A stretch of 64,000 bases of DNA from Nanohaloarchaea archaeon B1-Br10_U2g21 (GTDB lineage: Archaea > Nanohalarchaeota > Nanosalinia > Nanosalinales > Nanosalinaceae), in assembly GCA_001563915.1 (NCBI GenBank), contig LKMP01000002.1, forward strand, positions 32,001 through 96,000, given 5' to 3'. A program made the translations under genes and the position numbers. Each line of letters starts with the position of its first letter. Positions within the stretch are counted from its first letter, which is position 1. Positions 38,020-48,044 of the stretch are shown here, in pieces. The notes below the pieces were generated by a model, which had not been told where the DNA came from, did no database searches, and saw only the letters and a list, made by a program, of their open reading frames with translations.

Positions 38020-40095
38020 ATTAAAGTTAGACTTCTATTACTGACAGGCCTAACACTGTTATTAATCAGCTCAGCATCCGCGATAGACTTAGAAATTACG
38101 AACGAAGAAGACTATACTGATGATAGGATTGATGTTGAAGTAGATCTCGGGAATAATGAAGATTATGAAAACTTGACTATTGAGTACAGTGGTCCGGATT
38201 CGCATTCAAGAATTTTCAATGAAAGTAATGATAGGTCTTGGGAAGATGTTATAGAAGATGATTATGGTCCGGACGAGGCTGGAGAATATGATATTATTGC
38301 TACTGCAGTAGAAGAAGATGGTTCAGAGTCACAAGAGGAGTTTGAAAGTTTTGTTTTTGATGATGAAACGCCAGATTTGATTGAAGATTATCCTGAAGAT
38401 GGAGAGTTTATCGATGAAGATAGTCCTGTAATTGATGTCGGTTTTGAAGATGAGTTATCAGGCCTTGCTAATGCAAGTATAGAGTTTGATGGTGAAACAG
38501 TTTACCTCGATGAAGATGATATAGGTGAAACTAGCGAGGTCCTTCTTGAGCTTGAAGCCGAGGATTTAGATGATGATAGCTATGACTTTGATGTGTGGGC
38601 AGAAGATCGTGCTGGAAATGATGATAGCGATACTTGGAGTTTCACAGTTGACACTTTAACTCCTGATCCTGAGGATTATGAGCTAGATCCGAGTTCCGGT
38701 CTTCATGAAGTAGATTTAGGCGATGATTTTGATATTGAGATAACTGTGGAGCCTAGCGAAGACCATGAATCTGAGATTGAAGCTTTGTGTCTAATTGATG
38801 GGGATGAAGAGGATAGTGATGGCAGAGAAGAGTTTGAGGAGGAAGAAGAAGTGGAGTTTGAATGCAGTATTCCTGATGACTACATGGACCAGTCTGTAGA
38901 ATTCGAGTTTGAATTGGTAGATCAAGCTGGAAATGACTGGGTATCAGATTATCATGTTTATGAATTGGACGCAACTCCTCCAAGCGTTGAGTACTTTGAA
39001 TCATCAATCAATATTTCAGTATTCAATGATGATTTTGAAGTAGAATATTTGGCGAGTGATCTTTCAGGAGTCCAGAATGTAGAATATTATTTGAATGATG
39101 ATCCTGGTCAAGGAGAGGGTACTTCTTTCTCTGAAGATGAAGGCGAATTTTACGTGGATACTTCAGATTTAGATACTGGAAACAATACAGTGTATCTAAG
39201 AGCTCAGGATGAGTTCGACAGATGGAGCACAGCTAGCTCAATAGACTTTGAATATAGGCCAGATCAATCCCCAGAGCTAAGTATTGATATTATTGATGAG
39301 TTAGAGCTTGAAGCAGGAGAAACTGAGAATCTCGATTTAGGCGTTGAAAATACAGGAGATATGTTTATACCTCAAGGAGAGATTGCAGCCTCTTATGATA
39401 TGTTTAATGAAACTCAGAATTATGCAGATCTTCTACCTGGAGACCGTATTGACACCTCTTTCGAAATAGAGGCTTCTGAGGACGATATAGGAGAACATGA
39501 ACTATCGCTAGAGTTCAGTACTGTAGATGTGACTGAGACAGTAGAACTCATAATAAATCCTAATGAAGAAGGACGCGAAGACATAGATGGTCAGCTAGAC
39601 GCGTATAATGACGAATATCAGACTCTGTCCGAAGATTTTGAGGATTTAAAAGATGGGGGTCTTTCAGAAGAAAGATCTGATAGGCTTGAAACCGATATAT
39701 CTTCTTTTGAAGCAGCATTAAATGAAGCTGAAGAATCAACAGAGAACGAAGATTATTTTGAAGCACATAATCTCGTAGATGAATTAAGTGCAGAAATGCA
39801 GCAATCGCAAGATACATTTGCCGAAGTGGAGGAAGAGCATCAGGTATCTGTAAGAAATAGACGAGTCATAATGGTAGTATTAGGTCTCTTTGCAGTGTTA
39901 ATAGGGAGTATAATCTATGTATTTTATAATGAAGAATACGAGCTTGATATCCCTGGACTTGATGAGCTTATGCCAGATTCAGAATCTACAAGTGCTGGAA
40001 TAGAAGACTCAGAAAGCATTGTAGATAAATTGAAATCAAAGATAGAGGATTTAAGAGGTCCTGATGACTCAGAGCCCGTATATGAATTTAAGTAA
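38020..40095 (+). CDS. very acidic cell-surface protein: Ig-like domains, coiled coil, C-terminal TM
   Basis: frame open upstream of 38173 to 38014 and encodes a signal peptide (KVRLLLLTGLTLLLISSASA); D.TPP / D.AGN Ig-like motifs; start codon uncertain. Confidence 0.8.
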   Translation: MKVRLLLLTGLTLLLISSASAIDLEITNEEDYTDDRIDVEVDLGNNEDYENLTIEYSGPDSHSRIFNESNDRSWEDVIEDDYGPDEAGEYDIIATAVEEDGSESQEEFESFVFDDETPDLIEDYPEDGEFIDEDSPVIDVGFEDELSGLANASIEFDGETVYLDEDDIGETSEVLLELEAEDLDDDSYDFDVWAEDRAGNDDSDTWSFTVDTLTPDPEDYELDPSSGLHEVDLGDDFDIEITVEPSEDHESEIEALCLIDGDEEDSDGREEFEEEEEVEFECSIPDDYMDQSVEFEFELVDQAGNDWVSDYHVYELDATPPSVEYFESSINISVFNDDFEVEYLASDLSGVQNVEYYLNDDPGQGEGTSFSEDEGEFYVDTSDLDTGNNTVYLRAQDEFDRWSTASSIDFEYRPDQSPELSIDIIDELELEAGETENLDLGVENTGDMFIPQGEIAASYDMFNETQNYADLLPGDRIDTSFEIEASEDDIGEHELSLEFSTVDVTETVELIINPNEEGREDIDGQLDAYNDEYQTLSEDFEDLKDGGLSEERSDRLETDISSFEAALNEAEESTENEDYFEAHNLVDELSAEMQQSQDTFAEVEEEHQVSVRNRRVIMVVLGLFAVLIGSIIYVFYNEEYELDIPGLDELMPDSESTSAGIEDSESIVDKLKSKIEDLRGPDDSEPVYEFK

Positions 40096-40104
40096 TTTTT
40101 ATGC

Positions 40105-40446
40105 TTAAAGCTTCTCTGTATTTTTGAACTGTTTCTTCATTAGGCCTTTTGCTCTGACAGTCTCAAGTATTTGTCGATACTCTTCTAAGTAAGAATGGTT
40201 TCTAGCCGCCTTTGATGCTGCTTCTTCTATTATTAGCATTACTTGCGGATCATCTTTCATTTTCCTGAGAATTTTTCTGCTTGCTCGCTTCTTATTTAGA
40301 TATTGGGAGACTGCGGGCTGAGTTAGCCCCATTTTTTCTGCAATTTCTTTTTGTTTTAATCCATATTCTTCAGCTAATTCCTCAGCTAATAGACTTCTGA
40401 CTGCTGGAAGAAATTCATTACTCACTATTTCTGATTCGAAGTCCAT
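40105..40446 (-). CDS. HTH transcriptional regulator (COG2522-like)
   Basis: LPAVRSLLA...QKEIAEKMGLTQPAVSQY. Confidence 0.85.
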   Translation of the reverse strand: MDFESEIVSNEFLPAVRSLLAEELAEEYGLKQKEIAEKMGLTQPAVSQYLNKKRASRKILRKMKDDPQVMLIIEEAASKAARNHSYLEEYRQILETVRAKGLMKKQFKNTEKL

Positions 40447-40533
40447 GCGTGAATAACAGCGTTATAATTTTTTATATTGTAACTGCAACTAAAAAATAAG
40501 AGGTAAAAATAGAGGTTAGAGACTATTAAGCGT

Positions 40534-40875
40534 TTAAAGACCTGTCTGCTCTACTTCTCGAGACAGTTTCTCTACATCTGCGCTCAAGGCTTCCAACTTT
40601 CTAGAAACTCTTTCTTTCTCTTTCAGAATGTTTTCTACCTTCTCGTACTTTCTTGCGGCGTGGTCTAAATGATGTTTCTCCACATAAGCTGCTTCTGTCT
40701 CCATCATATTCTCTACAATTTCTTCTGCAATCTGTCCTAGCAGCAGGTTCAACCCATAATAAACATTCGAACGCACATACTGACCTTCGCTTGCCTGTTC
40801 TCTTACCATCCTCTTAATCCGTGCATGCGTGAATGGGAGTTCTGCTACTTCTACATCTTCTGGTACTTCAACCAT
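40534..40875 (-). CDS. histone-fold protein with C-terminal coiled coil
   Basis: LPF..ARIKRMVR...V...long central helix...VEKHHL; heptad-like tail. Confidence 0.7.
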   Translation of the reverse strand: MVEVPEDVEVAELPFTHARIKRMVREQASEGQYVRSNVYYGLNLLLGQIAEEIVENMMETEAAYVEKHHLDHAARKYEKVENILKEKERVSRKLEALSADVEKLSREVEQTGL

Positions 40876-40961
40876 GTTATCACGTAAAAAATTCGGGTTA
40901 CAGACTTTTAATGGTTGCTGATGTCGAAAGTTATAAAGCGAGGCCTTTGTGTAAAGGTGTT

Positions 40962-41177
40962 ATGGTAGAAGTCGCTGTTTTAAACGCTTATTTAGATGTG
41001 GCCGTGAAGCTAATGGTTTTAGTGCTTGGAGGCTATCTATTATTCCTCTTGAAAAACTTGAACAGTTTTGTAGAGTCCGCAGAAAGGTCTATTGAATCTG
41101 TAGAACATACGGCTGAAACTGTTGAACGGACATTAAACTGGTCTAAACTACTTCCGTTTACAGGTGATAAGCAATGA
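40962..41177 (+). CDS. small membrane protein with coiled coil
   Basis: ATG 40962 after AAGGTG; one TM; ATGA overlap with next gene. Confidence 0.65.
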   Translation: MVEVAVLNAYLDVAVKLMVLVLGGYLLFLLKNLNSFVESAERSIESVEHTAETVERTLNWSKLLPFTGDKQ

Positions 41178-41410
41178 ATGAGCTTTTAGATGCAGCTAAG
41201 TCCAACAAAGGAAGTGAAGACAGCAGCGAAAGATATCGTGAACTTAAGAAGGAAGAAGCAGGAACTTCAGAGAAAGACCCTGTAAAAGAAAGATATGAAG
41301 AGTTAAAGGAGAAAGCTAAAGAAGAATATCTTAGAAAAGAGAAAGAAAAAGAGGAACGACAAGCCTCCGAAGAAGAGGAAGAAGATTCAGAGAATTTTGT
41401 GACTTACTAA
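41174..41410 (+). CDS. small charged coiled-coil protein
   Basis: E/K-rich, ERY.ELK repeated twice. Confidence 0.65.
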   Translation: MNELLDAAKSNKGSEDSSERYRELKKEEAGTSEKDPVKERYEELKEKAKEEYLRKEKEKEERQASEEEEEDSENFVTY

Positions 41411-42604
41411 ATGGCGCTTCAAGAAGTTCCTAAAGCAACAAAATACCTTTCTATGGTCATGCTGGTAGCTTGGATCGGCCAGTCAATGGTCTGGAATTTT
41501 CTACCAATTTACTTTGAAAGATATATCCAAAACGTTTTCCTAATAGGTTTCTTAGTATCTCTACCTCCTTTGATAACTATTTTGATGGATATTCCTGTTA
41601 GTAATTATATCCAGAGAGTAGGAGAGAAATTCGTGTTTCTAGTCGGCTTGATTTTCAATGTTTTACCTGCTGTAGCCTATCTAGGCGCAGCCCCATTATT
41701 CATAGTTACCGGCAAAATGTTTGAAGGAATTACTAAAAGCCTAATCTGGAACAGTGGATGGAGCTTATCGCTGAAAACTTCCAATGAAAAAACCGAAGGA
41801 GAATCAATATCAATTTTCCTACTAGGAATAAATCTGGCAGCAGTTATAGGCCCTGTAATCGGAGGATATCTTCTGATTTCCTATGGATTCCAGTTGCCGT
41901 TTATCATCTGGATTTTAACATCCTCAATAGCCATTTTGGTTTTCATATCGTACATTGGTTATAGTCCTGAATCTGATGCAGTAGATAACTTTGAGAAGCT
42001 GTTTAAGAAAAAGACTTATTTCGATGATTTTCACCATCTAGAACAGAACTGGGACAGCATAAAACCTGTTTATACACTTATTTTTCTCCACTCTATAATA
42101 TTCTCATTTTACTGGCTTGCAGTACCTTTAGCCTTAGACGAAGTAGGCGCATCCTTCATCGAAATGGGCTTTATATTTGGTCTCGCAGCTCTCCCATCAG
42201 TATTTCAAATCTTTTTTGGCAGGTTTGCAGATCATGTAGGCCGACATAAATCACTAATTATTTTCTCGGCAATTCTCACGCCCATACTGGTCGCAATGTA
42301 TTTCTCACAGAGTGTTATAGTGCTTGGCGCGCTTTTCTTCCTAGCTGCTGCGCTAACAAATGGCATGAGTCCTCCAATCCATACAATGCTAGATATAAGA
42401 GCTCCTGAAGAAGTAGAAAGTGAGCTCGTGGGATTCATGGAGCTATTCAAACATATTGGCCAGTTCACAGGACCTTTAGCTGCAGGAGCAGTGGCATCAG
42501 TAGCAAGTCTATCCGTATCTTTTGCAGCTGCCGGCATAGTATCAGGTCTTATTTTACTCTACTCTCTAAAACTCTATAGGTCTGAAAGCCTTCCAAAGTC
42601 ATAG
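41411..42604 (+). CDS. MFS transporter
   Basis: 12 TM pattern, GRFADHVGR, GPVIGG. Confidence 0.9.
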   Translation: MALQEVPKATKYLSMVMLVAWIGQSMVWNFLPIYFERYIQNVFLIGFLVSLPPLITILMDIPVSNYIQRVGEKFVFLVGLIFNVLPAVAYLGAAPLFIVTGKMFEGITKSLIWNSGWSLSLKTSNEKTEGESISIFLLGINLAAVIGPVIGGYLLISYGFQLPFIIWILTSSIAILVFISYIGYSPESDAVDNFEKLFKKKTYFDDFHHLEQNWDSIKPVYTLIFLHSIIFSFYWLAVPLALDEVGASFIEMGFIFGLAALPSVFQIFFGRFADHVGRHKSLIIFSAILTPILVAMYFSQSVIVLGALFFLAAALTNGMSPPIHTMLDIRAPEEVESELVGFMELFKHIGQFTGPLAAGAVASVASLSVSFAAAGIVSGLILLYSLKLYRSESLPKS

Positions 42605-43296
42605 ACTCCTCCTTCACGCGAAACAGCTACCGCATTCATAGTGCCTAATTCCATGTGATTCTTCAATATTGGAGACATTAAGTCAGATTCATCTATAGTA
42701 TTCACTTCTGAACCGTTAGATATATGTGAAAACGCAGGTAGAACAATAATTTCTATGCCTTCTCTGTTTTCGCCATGTAAAAGACAAGAAACTTTTTCTA
42801 CATGTCCTATGTCATCTTTAAGAGCTAAAGCAGGGTGTTCATGACCTATAACAATTGTGCCATAGTCTTCTTCTACTTCTAGTTTTTCATGTCCGTGAAC
42901 AAAAAGTACGTCATCTTTTAGAAAACTTTCTTCTAGTTTAAGTCCTTGATCTTCAACTGTTTGTTCAAGAAACAAATCATGATTTCCTTTTATGACAATA
43001 ACTTGTTCAAAAATAGTTTTCAAAAACTTTAACAGTTCTGCGACCTCTTTTTTCTCAGAATAACTTGTTGAGAACTCATTTTTCAAATCCCCATTAATCA
43101 CTATAGATCGAGCCTTTGTTACTTCAAAACATTTCTCTAGTTCTTCCTTCACTTTGTCAAGTTGGAACTCAGGCACATAATATCCGCTCGAAGTCATACT
43201 AGCTTCAAGACCTAGATGAAGATCTGCAACTGCAACTGTATCTATTTCAGGAAAATGAACAGCAGGCATTGAATCAATTATTTTGAACTCTGTCAT
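42574..43296 (-). CDS. metallophosphoesterase (ICC-like, COG1407 type)
   Basis: ADLHLG, NGD, GNHD, HGH, GHEHP, LPAF; ATGA overlap with DUF58 gene. Confidence 0.88.
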   Translation of the reverse strand: MTEFKIIDSMPAVHFPEIDTVAVADLHLGLEASMTSSGYYVPEFQLDKVKEELEKCFEVTKARSIVINGDLKNEFSTSYSEKKEVAELLKFLKTIFEQVIVIKGNHDLFLEQTVEDQGLKLEESFLKDDVLFVHGHEKLEVEEDYGTIVIGHEHPALALKDDIGHVEKVSCLLHGENREGIEIIVLPAFSHISNGSEVNTIDESDLMSPILKNHMELGTMNAVAVSREGGVYDFGRLSDL

Positions 43297-44153
43297 CCAT
43301 GATTTACTGCTCCCCACATATCTATAAATGAGTCAAAGAACTCTCCGCCTGTAGATACTAACTGATATTCTGCCCCGTGCTTTTCGCATAGTTCTTCTAT
43401 CTCCTCAGTATGATTTTTCAGCCTCGATTTATAACTGGATTTAGTACTTCTAGAAAGATACGCTCGCAGAGTAGAACTCGACTCAGGATCCTCAAGTATA
43501 GTATCTCCACTGAAACTTGGATCAAGTTCCTCCTCATCAAAAACATTTATCAAAGCTACACGAGACCCACTAAGACTTTGAAGTCCTGACTCTATCTGTT
43601 CGAGATCCGTCAAAAAATCCGAAATAATTACCACTATAGATTTATTCTTAATTCTACTACTGTACTGCGTTATACATCGCTCCACTCTACTATCAGGAGT
43701 TTTCCTCAGCTCATTCAGAGTTTCCACTAATTTCACGAGATTAGCATTTCTCCTTGCTGCAGTAAGATCTGTTAATGTTTCAGAAAATACTGAAAACCTA
43801 AAGCGATCATTGGTCTTCATAGTCATAAAAGCTAATCCTAATCCTAGCTTTGCACCGTATTCATACTTATTTACTTTCCCGAAATCCATTGAGCTGCTAC
43901 GATCAACTATTATATGAACTGTAACGTTACGTTCTTCTTCATACCTTTTTACGAAAAAATCTCTTGTGCGCCCATAGGCCTTCCAATCAATCCTTCTGAT
44001 ATCATCACCAGGAACATATTCCTTATGATCCTTGAATATCATGCCGCTACCTGAGAAGTCGCTCTCCTGTTCTCCCTGTCTAATCTCAGTGCTGTTTTTT
44101 TTCAACGCCAAGTGGAAGTTCTGGAGCTCGTTAAGAAAATCTGCCTCAATCAT
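43293..44153 (-). CDS. DUF58 vWA-like protein
   Basis: EYVPGDDIRRIDWK, DRSSSM, IISDF. Confidence 0.92.
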   Translation of the reverse strand: MIEADFLNELQNFHLALKKNSTEIRQGEQESDFSGSGMIFKDHKEYVPGDDIRRIDWKAYGRTRDFFVKRYEEERNVTVHIIVDRSSSMDFGKVNKYEYGAKLGLGLAFMTMKTNDRFRFSVFSETLTDLTAARRNANLVKLVETLNELRKTPDSRVERCITQYSSRIKNKSIVVIISDFLTDLEQIESGLQSLSGSRVALINVFDEEELDPSFSGDTILEDPESSSTLRAYLSRSTKSSYKSRLKNHTEEIEELCEKHGAEYQLVSTGGEFFDSFIDMWGAVNHG

Positions 44154-45112
44154 AACTTTTCTATTATCTCCTCAACCACATCGTCCTCTGAGAGGCCTTT
44201 CTTTTCTGCTGCAAAGCTCAGACCTATACGGTGTCGTAAAACTGGTTTAGCCATTAATACGATGTCTTCTTCTGAGACATGATTCCTGTTCTCTACAAGC
44301 GCATGACCCTTAGAAGCCAGTACAAGGTTAATACTTGCTCTCGGTGATGCGCCATAGTCCAATTCATCACGCTCACGAGTAGAACGAACAATTTTTACAG
44401 CTTTTTTTCTGATATCATCAGCTATAGGTACTTTTCTGGTAAATTCCTGAAGTTTTATCAAATCTTTTTTTGAAAGAACTTTCTTTAAATCAGGTTTATA
44501 GTTAAGTTCTTCTGAAAACCGTTCAACAATCTCTATCTCATCATTTTGTTCTGGAAACTCTAGTTTCACTTTCATTAGAAATCTATCGCGCTGTGCCTCA
44601 GGTAAAGGATATGTCCCCTCTTGTTCTATAGGATTCTGCGTAGCAATCAGAAAGAACGGTTTCTCTAGATTATAGCTCTCGTTCCCCACAGTCACCTGTT
44701 TCTCCTGCATAGCTTCCAACAGCGCAGACTGAGTCTTTGGAGTAGCTCGGTTAATTTCATCTGCTAAGACCATATTAGCAAATATGGGGCCTTGCTGAAA
44801 TCTAAATTCTGCAGTCCCAGAGGAATCATCAATAATATGAGTCCCTGTTATATCTGAAGGCATCAGATCTGGCGTGCTTTGAATCCTTGAAAATTTTAAC
44901 CCCATAGTCTGAGAAAAAGTAGATGCCATTTTAGTCTTACCCATTCCCGGATTAGATTCAAGCAAGATATTTCCATCACAAAGTATACAGGCCATTACTT
45001 GATCTATCACATCTTCCTGACCTACTATTACTTTGCCTACCTCATTTTTAATCTCGGCGAGTTTTTCATTTACTTTACCATATTCTATAGACTTAGCGCC
45101 GGAAAGCTTCAT
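44150..45112 (-). CDS. moxR: MoxR AAA+ ATPase
   Basis: PGMGKT, TPDLMPSDITG, ADEINRATPKTQSALLEAM, ATQNPIE, GASPR. Confidence 0.95.
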   Translation of the reverse strand: MKLSGAKSIEYGKVNEKLAEIKNEVGKVIVGQEDVIDQVMACILCDGNILLESNPGMGKTKMASTFSQTMGLKFSRIQSTPDLMPSDITGTHIIDDSSGTAEFRFQQGPIFANMVLADEINRATPKTQSALLEAMQEKQVTVGNESYNLEKPFFLIATQNPIEQEGTYPLPEAQRDRFLMKVKLEFPEQNDEIEIVERFSEELNYKPDLKKVLSKKDLIKLQEFTRKVPIADDIRKKAVKIVRSTRERDELDYGASPRASINLVLASKGHALVENRNHVSEEDIVLMAKPVLRHRIGLSFAAEKKGLSEDDVVEEIIEKL

Positions 45113-45138
45113 ACAAAGTAATTGGTTTTCACGATTTA

Positions 45139-45873
45139 TTAATTCTCTAACTCCTGCACCTCAAGACTGTACTCTCTCGCAAGCTCCAACCCCTCATCAA
45201 TCTCGGAGTCAGAAGCCTCAAATCTTAGCTCAGATTCATTAAACCTAGTTCTGAAACCTTCATCAAAACTCTCTCCTTCACCTTCAACATCAACATCTAT
45301 AGAGGTTCCAAGATCCTCAATATCAGAATCATCTCCAAGTACATCATCAACATCTCCCTGATACTCATCTGAGCCATCACCGAAGTCAGAAAGTTCTGGT
45401 ACTGCCGAGTAAAGTTGGCTAGTATCAATATCAACCATTGGCACAACAAGGCCTGAAACAGCAGTCAATATGCTTAATGAGCCTAACAAAAAGACTTTTT
45501 TTGTAACAGAGCCTCCCGGAATAATACTTTCGGAAGACACTGAACGCGCCCTAGTCATTAAATCTTCAAACAAGGCCTCAGATACTTCATCACGCCTATT
45601 TAAGTTGTCTCGCGCAGTACGTAAAATTTCCTGTAACTCATTATTCCTCAGCTCATATATCTCTACAGAATAACCTTTACTACGATACAAGAAATTGGCT
45701 AAGAAAAACAATAGTCCTGCTATCGCTAAATAGACTATATCAACAGATAAACCTGTAAAAAAGAACACAAGATTAATTCCGAGTACAAATATGGCAGCAT
45801 CTAAACTGCTTTGAATAAGATTGACCTTAAAATACTCTCTCTTCAATCTTTTAAACAAATCTTCAACTCTCAT
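45139..45873 (-). CDS. membrane protein with acidic tail (MoxR operon)
   Basis: 2 TM + LRTARD motif + TM + acidic C-terminus. Confidence 0.75.
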   Translation of the reverse strand: MRVEDLFKRLKREYFKVNLIQSSLDAAIFVLGINLVFFFTGLSVDIVYLAIAGLLFFLANFLYRSKGYSVEIYELRNNELQEILRTARDNLNRRDEVSEALFEDLMTRARSVSSESIIPGGSVTKKVFLLGSLSILTAVSGLVVPMVDIDTSQLYSAVPELSDFGDGSDEYQGDVDDVLGDDSDIEDLGTSIDVDVEGEGESFDEGFRTRFNESELRFEASDSEIDEGLELAREYSLEVQELEN

Positions 45874-46318
45874 CTTCGTCCCACACTGAACATTCTTCTT
45901 CAGCAGTTTCACTCTTTTGGTTATCTTCGCAGATATTAGTCATCTGCAAATCCAGCGTATCTCTCTCATCTCTAACCTCTCCTAGTTCTCCTTCAAGATT
46001 CTCTATCTGTCCTTGTAATGATTCAACAGTATCATCGCGTTCTTCTGAAGACATTTGTGCTTCTTCTGCTTCTTCTTCAAGCTCTTCAGTCCGATTCTCA
46101 AGATTTGATATCTCTTGATTTTGTGCATCAGTCTTATTTTCCAGTTCACCAGCCGCAGCCCGTTCCTGATAGAGTTCTTCTTGCATACTCTGTTTATCGC
46201 TCACGATATCATCAAACTGGGTTTGATAAATTATTGATAGTCCCGCAAGCAATGCAAGTACTATCACTGTTGTTACGAGTAAAAAAGGGTTAAGCCGTCT
46301 CTTCAGTAAGAACTTCAT
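45863..46318 (-). CDS. membrane-anchored coiled-coil protein
   Basis: N-terminal TM, ~100-aa heptad repeat, terminal Cys pair. Confidence 0.75.
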   Translation of the reverse strand: MKFLLKRRLNPFLLVTTVIVLALLAGLSIIYQTQFDDIVSDKQSMQEELYQERAAAGELENKTDAQNQEISNLENRTEELEEEAEEAQMSSEERDDTVESLQGQIENLEGELGEVRDERDTLDLQMTNICEDNQKSETAEEECSVWDEDES

Positions 46319-46396
46319 CTCTGCAAACTAATGGGTCAAAGAAGTTTAATAGCTCTGCCCATTTTTAAGTAGAGTCATCACCAATTCTAAACCAGT

Positions 46397-48037
46397 ATGT
46401 CCTCAGAAAACCATGATGATAATGATACCTGTAAATTTGGCCACGTTTTCGCACTTTATAATGAAAACGAGAGAGAACATTCTTCAGCAGCCAAAAAAGC
46501 CTTGAAAGACATAAGAGAAGGTAAGCTCACAAGTTATAGTGAACTAGATGAAAGAGACCTAAGCCTCGGAGATTTATTTGGCGCACCAGTCAGAAAATTG
46601 AAAGGAAAAGGAGGAAGCCAAGGCACTGCTTATGGAACTATTCTAAGCGCACCCGATAAATATGAGGATGACCTTGGATATTTATCTAAAAGAGTTACAG
46701 AATCAATATTTGTTTCTCCTCAAAGCCAGCTGCACGACGAGTTCATTCAGAGAAAGCAGCAAGCTGAACAGAGAGTTAATCAGACCTTAGCCAATTTTTC
46801 TGATATACTTGAAACTAAACACATGTTAGAACATGATATCAGGAAACTAAGATCACGAGCAGAGGCTTTTAACTCACGAGATGAAACCGTATTAAAAGGA
46901 GACTTCGTACAACTCGTTGACGGTGCAGGTGCAGGAGGCCAAGGAGGAGACGAACAGGCCCTTCGTTTTCTGAGAGACAACAACATTTACCCAACAATTG
47001 TATCCGACTTCATGGAACTAGAGTCGGTTGATGACCTGAAAAAAGCCGAAGATCGAGAGGATGATGAAGACGGAGCTCTCTCAAATCTTCCTCGTAACGA
47101 AAAAGCAATTCTTAGAAAGAAGTATGTAATGTACGAGAAGTGGAAAGATCTTTACGGCAGCGAAGTAAATCGGAGATTAAATGAATTGAAATCCCAGCTC
47201 CAAAATATTGAACGAAGTATAGAAAATACCAAGAACTGGTTGGAACCCTATGTAAGAGATGTTGTAATGATCAACGAACTAGGCGATAACCAATCACATA
47301 TGACAAACTACTTTGAATGGAAGGGTTATGCAGCAATGATCCGTCAACTTGAATTCATATGTTACAAACCTATGGTCAAGGACGAGGGCCAACTATATCC
47401 TGCTTCAAACGAAGATCCAACTCATTATAGAGTAATGTTCATTACCGGATTCCATGTAATACTTGCTAACTCAGACCAGCCTAATCAGCCAGGTGGAGGA
47501 AACACGGGCGTAGTAGGATGGCACCCTGCAGTAGTCTGTAAACACGTCTTCGAAAATCTTTTTCAGCCCAAGCTTGATATGGCGGAAAGCTTAGTCGAGG
47601 AAATGATGGATGACTACGTAGGAGAGTTCAAACCAAAAAAAGGACAAGAGTACAGACTGAAAAGGGAAGAAAAAGATATGTCTGTAAGAGTGTTTAGAGA
47701 AAAAATAGAAGAAAAAATTGACGAACATGTTCCAATTGAGTTCTCTTCAAAAATCAGAAGAATTGAAGACGGACTTGATGAACCTGAATCAGTCAAAACA
47801 GACTACTCAAAAGAACATTTTGAGGCCATGAATAACATTCTTGATATAGAGCCAGAAAAAACCGATGATGCTGAAGAGATGTACAAAGGCTTAGACAAAA
47901 AGTTGAAAGAGTTCACAGGAAAGACTGATAAATACAAAATCCCTGAAGGCAAGGCCATAAACGACATGATGTCCGAATTCAGATTTGAATACTACTTCGA
48001 TTACAAACTGGGTCTTGGAATGCACACTATGAAGTGA
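46397..48037 (+). CDS. large hypothetical protein with coiled coils
   Basis: 546-aa ORF, no recognisable catalytic motif. Confidence 0.8.
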   Translation: MSSENHDDNDTCKFGHVFALYNENEREHSSAAKKALKDIREGKLTSYSELDERDLSLGDLFGAPVRKLKGKGGSQGTAYGTILSAPDKYEDDLGYLSKRVTESIFVSPQSQLHDEFIQRKQQAEQRVNQTLANFSDILETKHMLEHDIRKLRSRAEAFNSRDETVLKGDFVQLVDGAGAGGQGGDEQALRFLRDNNIYPTIVSDFMELESVDDLKKAEDREDDEDGALSNLPRNEKAILRKKYVMYEKWKDLYGSEVNRRLNELKSQLQNIERSIENTKNWLEPYVRDVVMINELGDNQSHMTNYFEWKGYAAMIRQLEFICYKPMVKDEGQLYPASNEDPTHYRVMFITGFHVILANSDQPNQPGGGNTGVVGWHPAVVCKHVFENLFQPKLDMAESLVEEMMDDYVGEFKPKKGQEYRLKREEKDMSVRVFREKIEEKIDEHVPIEFSSKIRRIEDGLDEPESVKTDYSKEHFEAMNNILDIEPEKTDDAEEMYKGLDKKLKEFTGKTDKYKIPEGKAINDMMSEFRFEYYFDYKLGLGMHTMK

Positions 48038-48044
48038 ACAGTGT

